Source: Ignavibacteriota bacterium (GTDB lineage: Bacteria; Bacteroidota; Ignavibacteria; UBA10030; SZUA-254). From it: 64,000 nucleotides of DNA. Shown piece by piece: positions 62,553 through 64,000 of the stretch. A program made the position numbers and the translations under genes. Where the stretch lies: contig CAVSHI010000006.1 of NCBI GenBank assembly GCA_963727845.1, positions 169,558 to 233,557 of the forward strand. The letters are read 5' to 3'. The notes below the pieces were generated by a model. It was not told where the DNA came from. It made no database searches and worked only from the letters and a program-made list of their open reading frames with translations. Position 1 is the first letter of the stretch; each line of letters starts with the position of its first letter.

Positions 62553-64000
62553 ATGAAAAGGCTGATACTATATTCGCTTCTCGCAGTATGCGCTGGAATC
62601 ATTCTCTCATTACGGCTACTTGCCCAGCCGGCGTCCAGTGCGGGATATGCACTGTCGTTCGACGGCTCAAGTTATGTGAGTGCCTCTGCGTTTTCCTGGC
62701 AGGCAGGCGGTCCGATTACGGTCGAATTCTGGAACAAAGTCGATGTGCTGCCCACCTCAGGAAGCTCGGCTTTTTCAATCGGCAATCTAGCGGTACCCTA
62801 TCGAATTCAAGCTCATGTGCCGTGGGATAACGGCACCCTCTATTGGGATTACGGCGGGAATCTTGGTGGCCCGAATGATGGAAGACTCACTACGGATTAT
62901 AATCCGTATCTAGGGAAATGGACTCACGTCGCGCTGGTGTCGGCCGGAGATGGGGGAAACTGGATGGCAATTTATCTGAACGGAGTTCTCGTCTCTTCGT
63001 ACACGGGAACAACTGTCGGCCCGATCTTCACGGCAAGCGGTGTCACCGTTGGATCTTACAATTCTGCCGGGAATATCAACTACCATCACGGGTCGATTGA
63101 TGAATTCCGGGTGTGGGGTGTTGTTCGCACGCAGTCAGAAATTCTGCACGACATGACGTCGTCGTTGGCCGGCACCGAGAACGGATTGCTCGGTTATTGG
63201 CGCTTCGACGAAGGGACCGGCGACACAACGGCGGCAACCGGCCTAGGAGGGACGGCAAATTTCGTCAATACTCCCACCTGGATTACGTCGGGGGCACTGT
63301 TCCCCGTCCCGTATTTCCATGCGACACGGTCCAGTGTGAATTTTGGAGGTGTTCCTCTGGGCTCGAACAAAGTCGACTCCGTCATTGTCACGAATATCGG
63401 CGGAGATACTCTGAGAATTTCATCGGTCGCTTCGAGTGATACGGTTAATTTTGGCGTCACTCCTGACAGCGCGAAAATCGCGCCGTCGGACAGCTTTGCA
63501 TTCGCCGTCACTTTCGCCCCTGACTCCACCGGAATCCGGAACACATCATTCATCTTCACGCATAACGCTTCCACTTCGCCTGACACTGTCAGGGCAATCG
63601 GCTGGGGAGGCCCACATCCTCACATTGGCGTTTCCCCGGATTCTCTCACGGCCACCCTCGGCGTCGACACAACCATGCAGACGTTGACCATCTCGAACAC
63701 GGGCGGGTACGATTTGACGTTTAATATTTCAGTTCAGGATCATACCGCTTCCCCCGGCATGGCATGTTCTACCGCACCGGCATCGCGTAAAATCAGAAAT
63801 CGCGACGAACAATGGATGATGAACATCCTAATAGCCAACGAGCGGGCTGGCCGGCAGGCGAGGGGACAATCCGGCGCGGCACCATCACGACTGGTTGCCA
63901 GGAAACCAGTTGCTCATGCAATGAGAACAGCGGAAGAAATCCGGAATCTCCGGGGAAAGATTTCGTCTGCTATGGTTGGCACGATCTATGCCGTTGTGCT
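62553..64000 (+). CDS. Large secreted protein with LamG-like jellyroll and Ig-like (choice-of-anchor D/ASH) domains; runs off the window, absent from the ORF track
   Basis: AGGAG RBS; MKRLILYSLLAVCAGIILS...ALSFDG...ITVEFW...WTHVALV...IYLNG...GSIDEFRVW...GLLGYWRFDEG...VTNIGGDTLRI. Confidence 0.85.
   Translation, partial: MKRLILYSLLAVCAGIILSLRLLAQPASSAGYALSFDGSSYVSASAFSWQAGGPITVEFWNKVDVLPTSGSSAFSIGNLAVPYRIQAHVPWDNGTLYWDYGGNLGGPNDGRLTTDYNPYLGKWTHVALVSAGDGGNWMAIYLNGVLVSSYTGTTVGPIFTASGVTVGSYNSAGNINYHHGSIDEFRVWGVVRTQSEILHDMTSSLAGTENGLLGYWRFDEGTGDTTAATGLGGTANFVNTPTWITSGALFPVPYFHATRSSVNFGGVPLGSNKVDSVIVTNIGGDTLRISSVASSDTVNFGVTPDSAKIAPSDSFAFAVTFAPDSTGIRNTSFIFTHNASTSPDTVRAIGWGGPHPHIGVSPDSLTATLGVDTTMQTLTISNTGGYDLTFNISVQDHTASPGMACSTAPASRKIRNRDEQWMMNILIANERAGRQARGQSGAAPSRLVARKPVAHAMRTAEEIRNLRGKISSAMVGTIYAVV

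Overview
A mostly housekeeping stretch of a moderately GC-rich chromosome. It is probably from an Ignavibacteria-like or other deep-branching Bacteroidota organism; this is inferred from the T9SS C-terminal QNYPNPFNP domain, the BatA and DUF3276 genes, and TTGnnn-17-TATATT promoters. It encodes lysine catabolism (lat plus an aldehyde dehydrogenase, and a glutaryl-CoA dehydrogenase-like gene), purine/pyrimidine genes (purB with a 1-nt frameshift, purD, guaB, pyrE, pdp), split transketolase, CBS/CGL, hisS, lgt, acyl-CoA metabolism genes, two sigma-54 response regulators, two lone receiver proteins, tRNA-Pro(UGG), CIRCE-groESL, a galK-sodium:solute symporter operon and several secreted proteins. 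The main accessory signal is at 38.7-40.3 kb: a decayed IS1-family element whose apparent right end lies about 950 bp beyond the transposase. It encloses an intact, overlapping two-gene cargo, a small unknown protein and a DUF2335-like 2-TM protein. Intergenic spaces are full of palindromic and short tandem repeats, including nested insertions and a ~150-bp composite element present twice in inverted orientation. No CRISPR array, rRNA or recognisable riboswitch was seen. All family calls come from motif recognition by eye, not from database searches.
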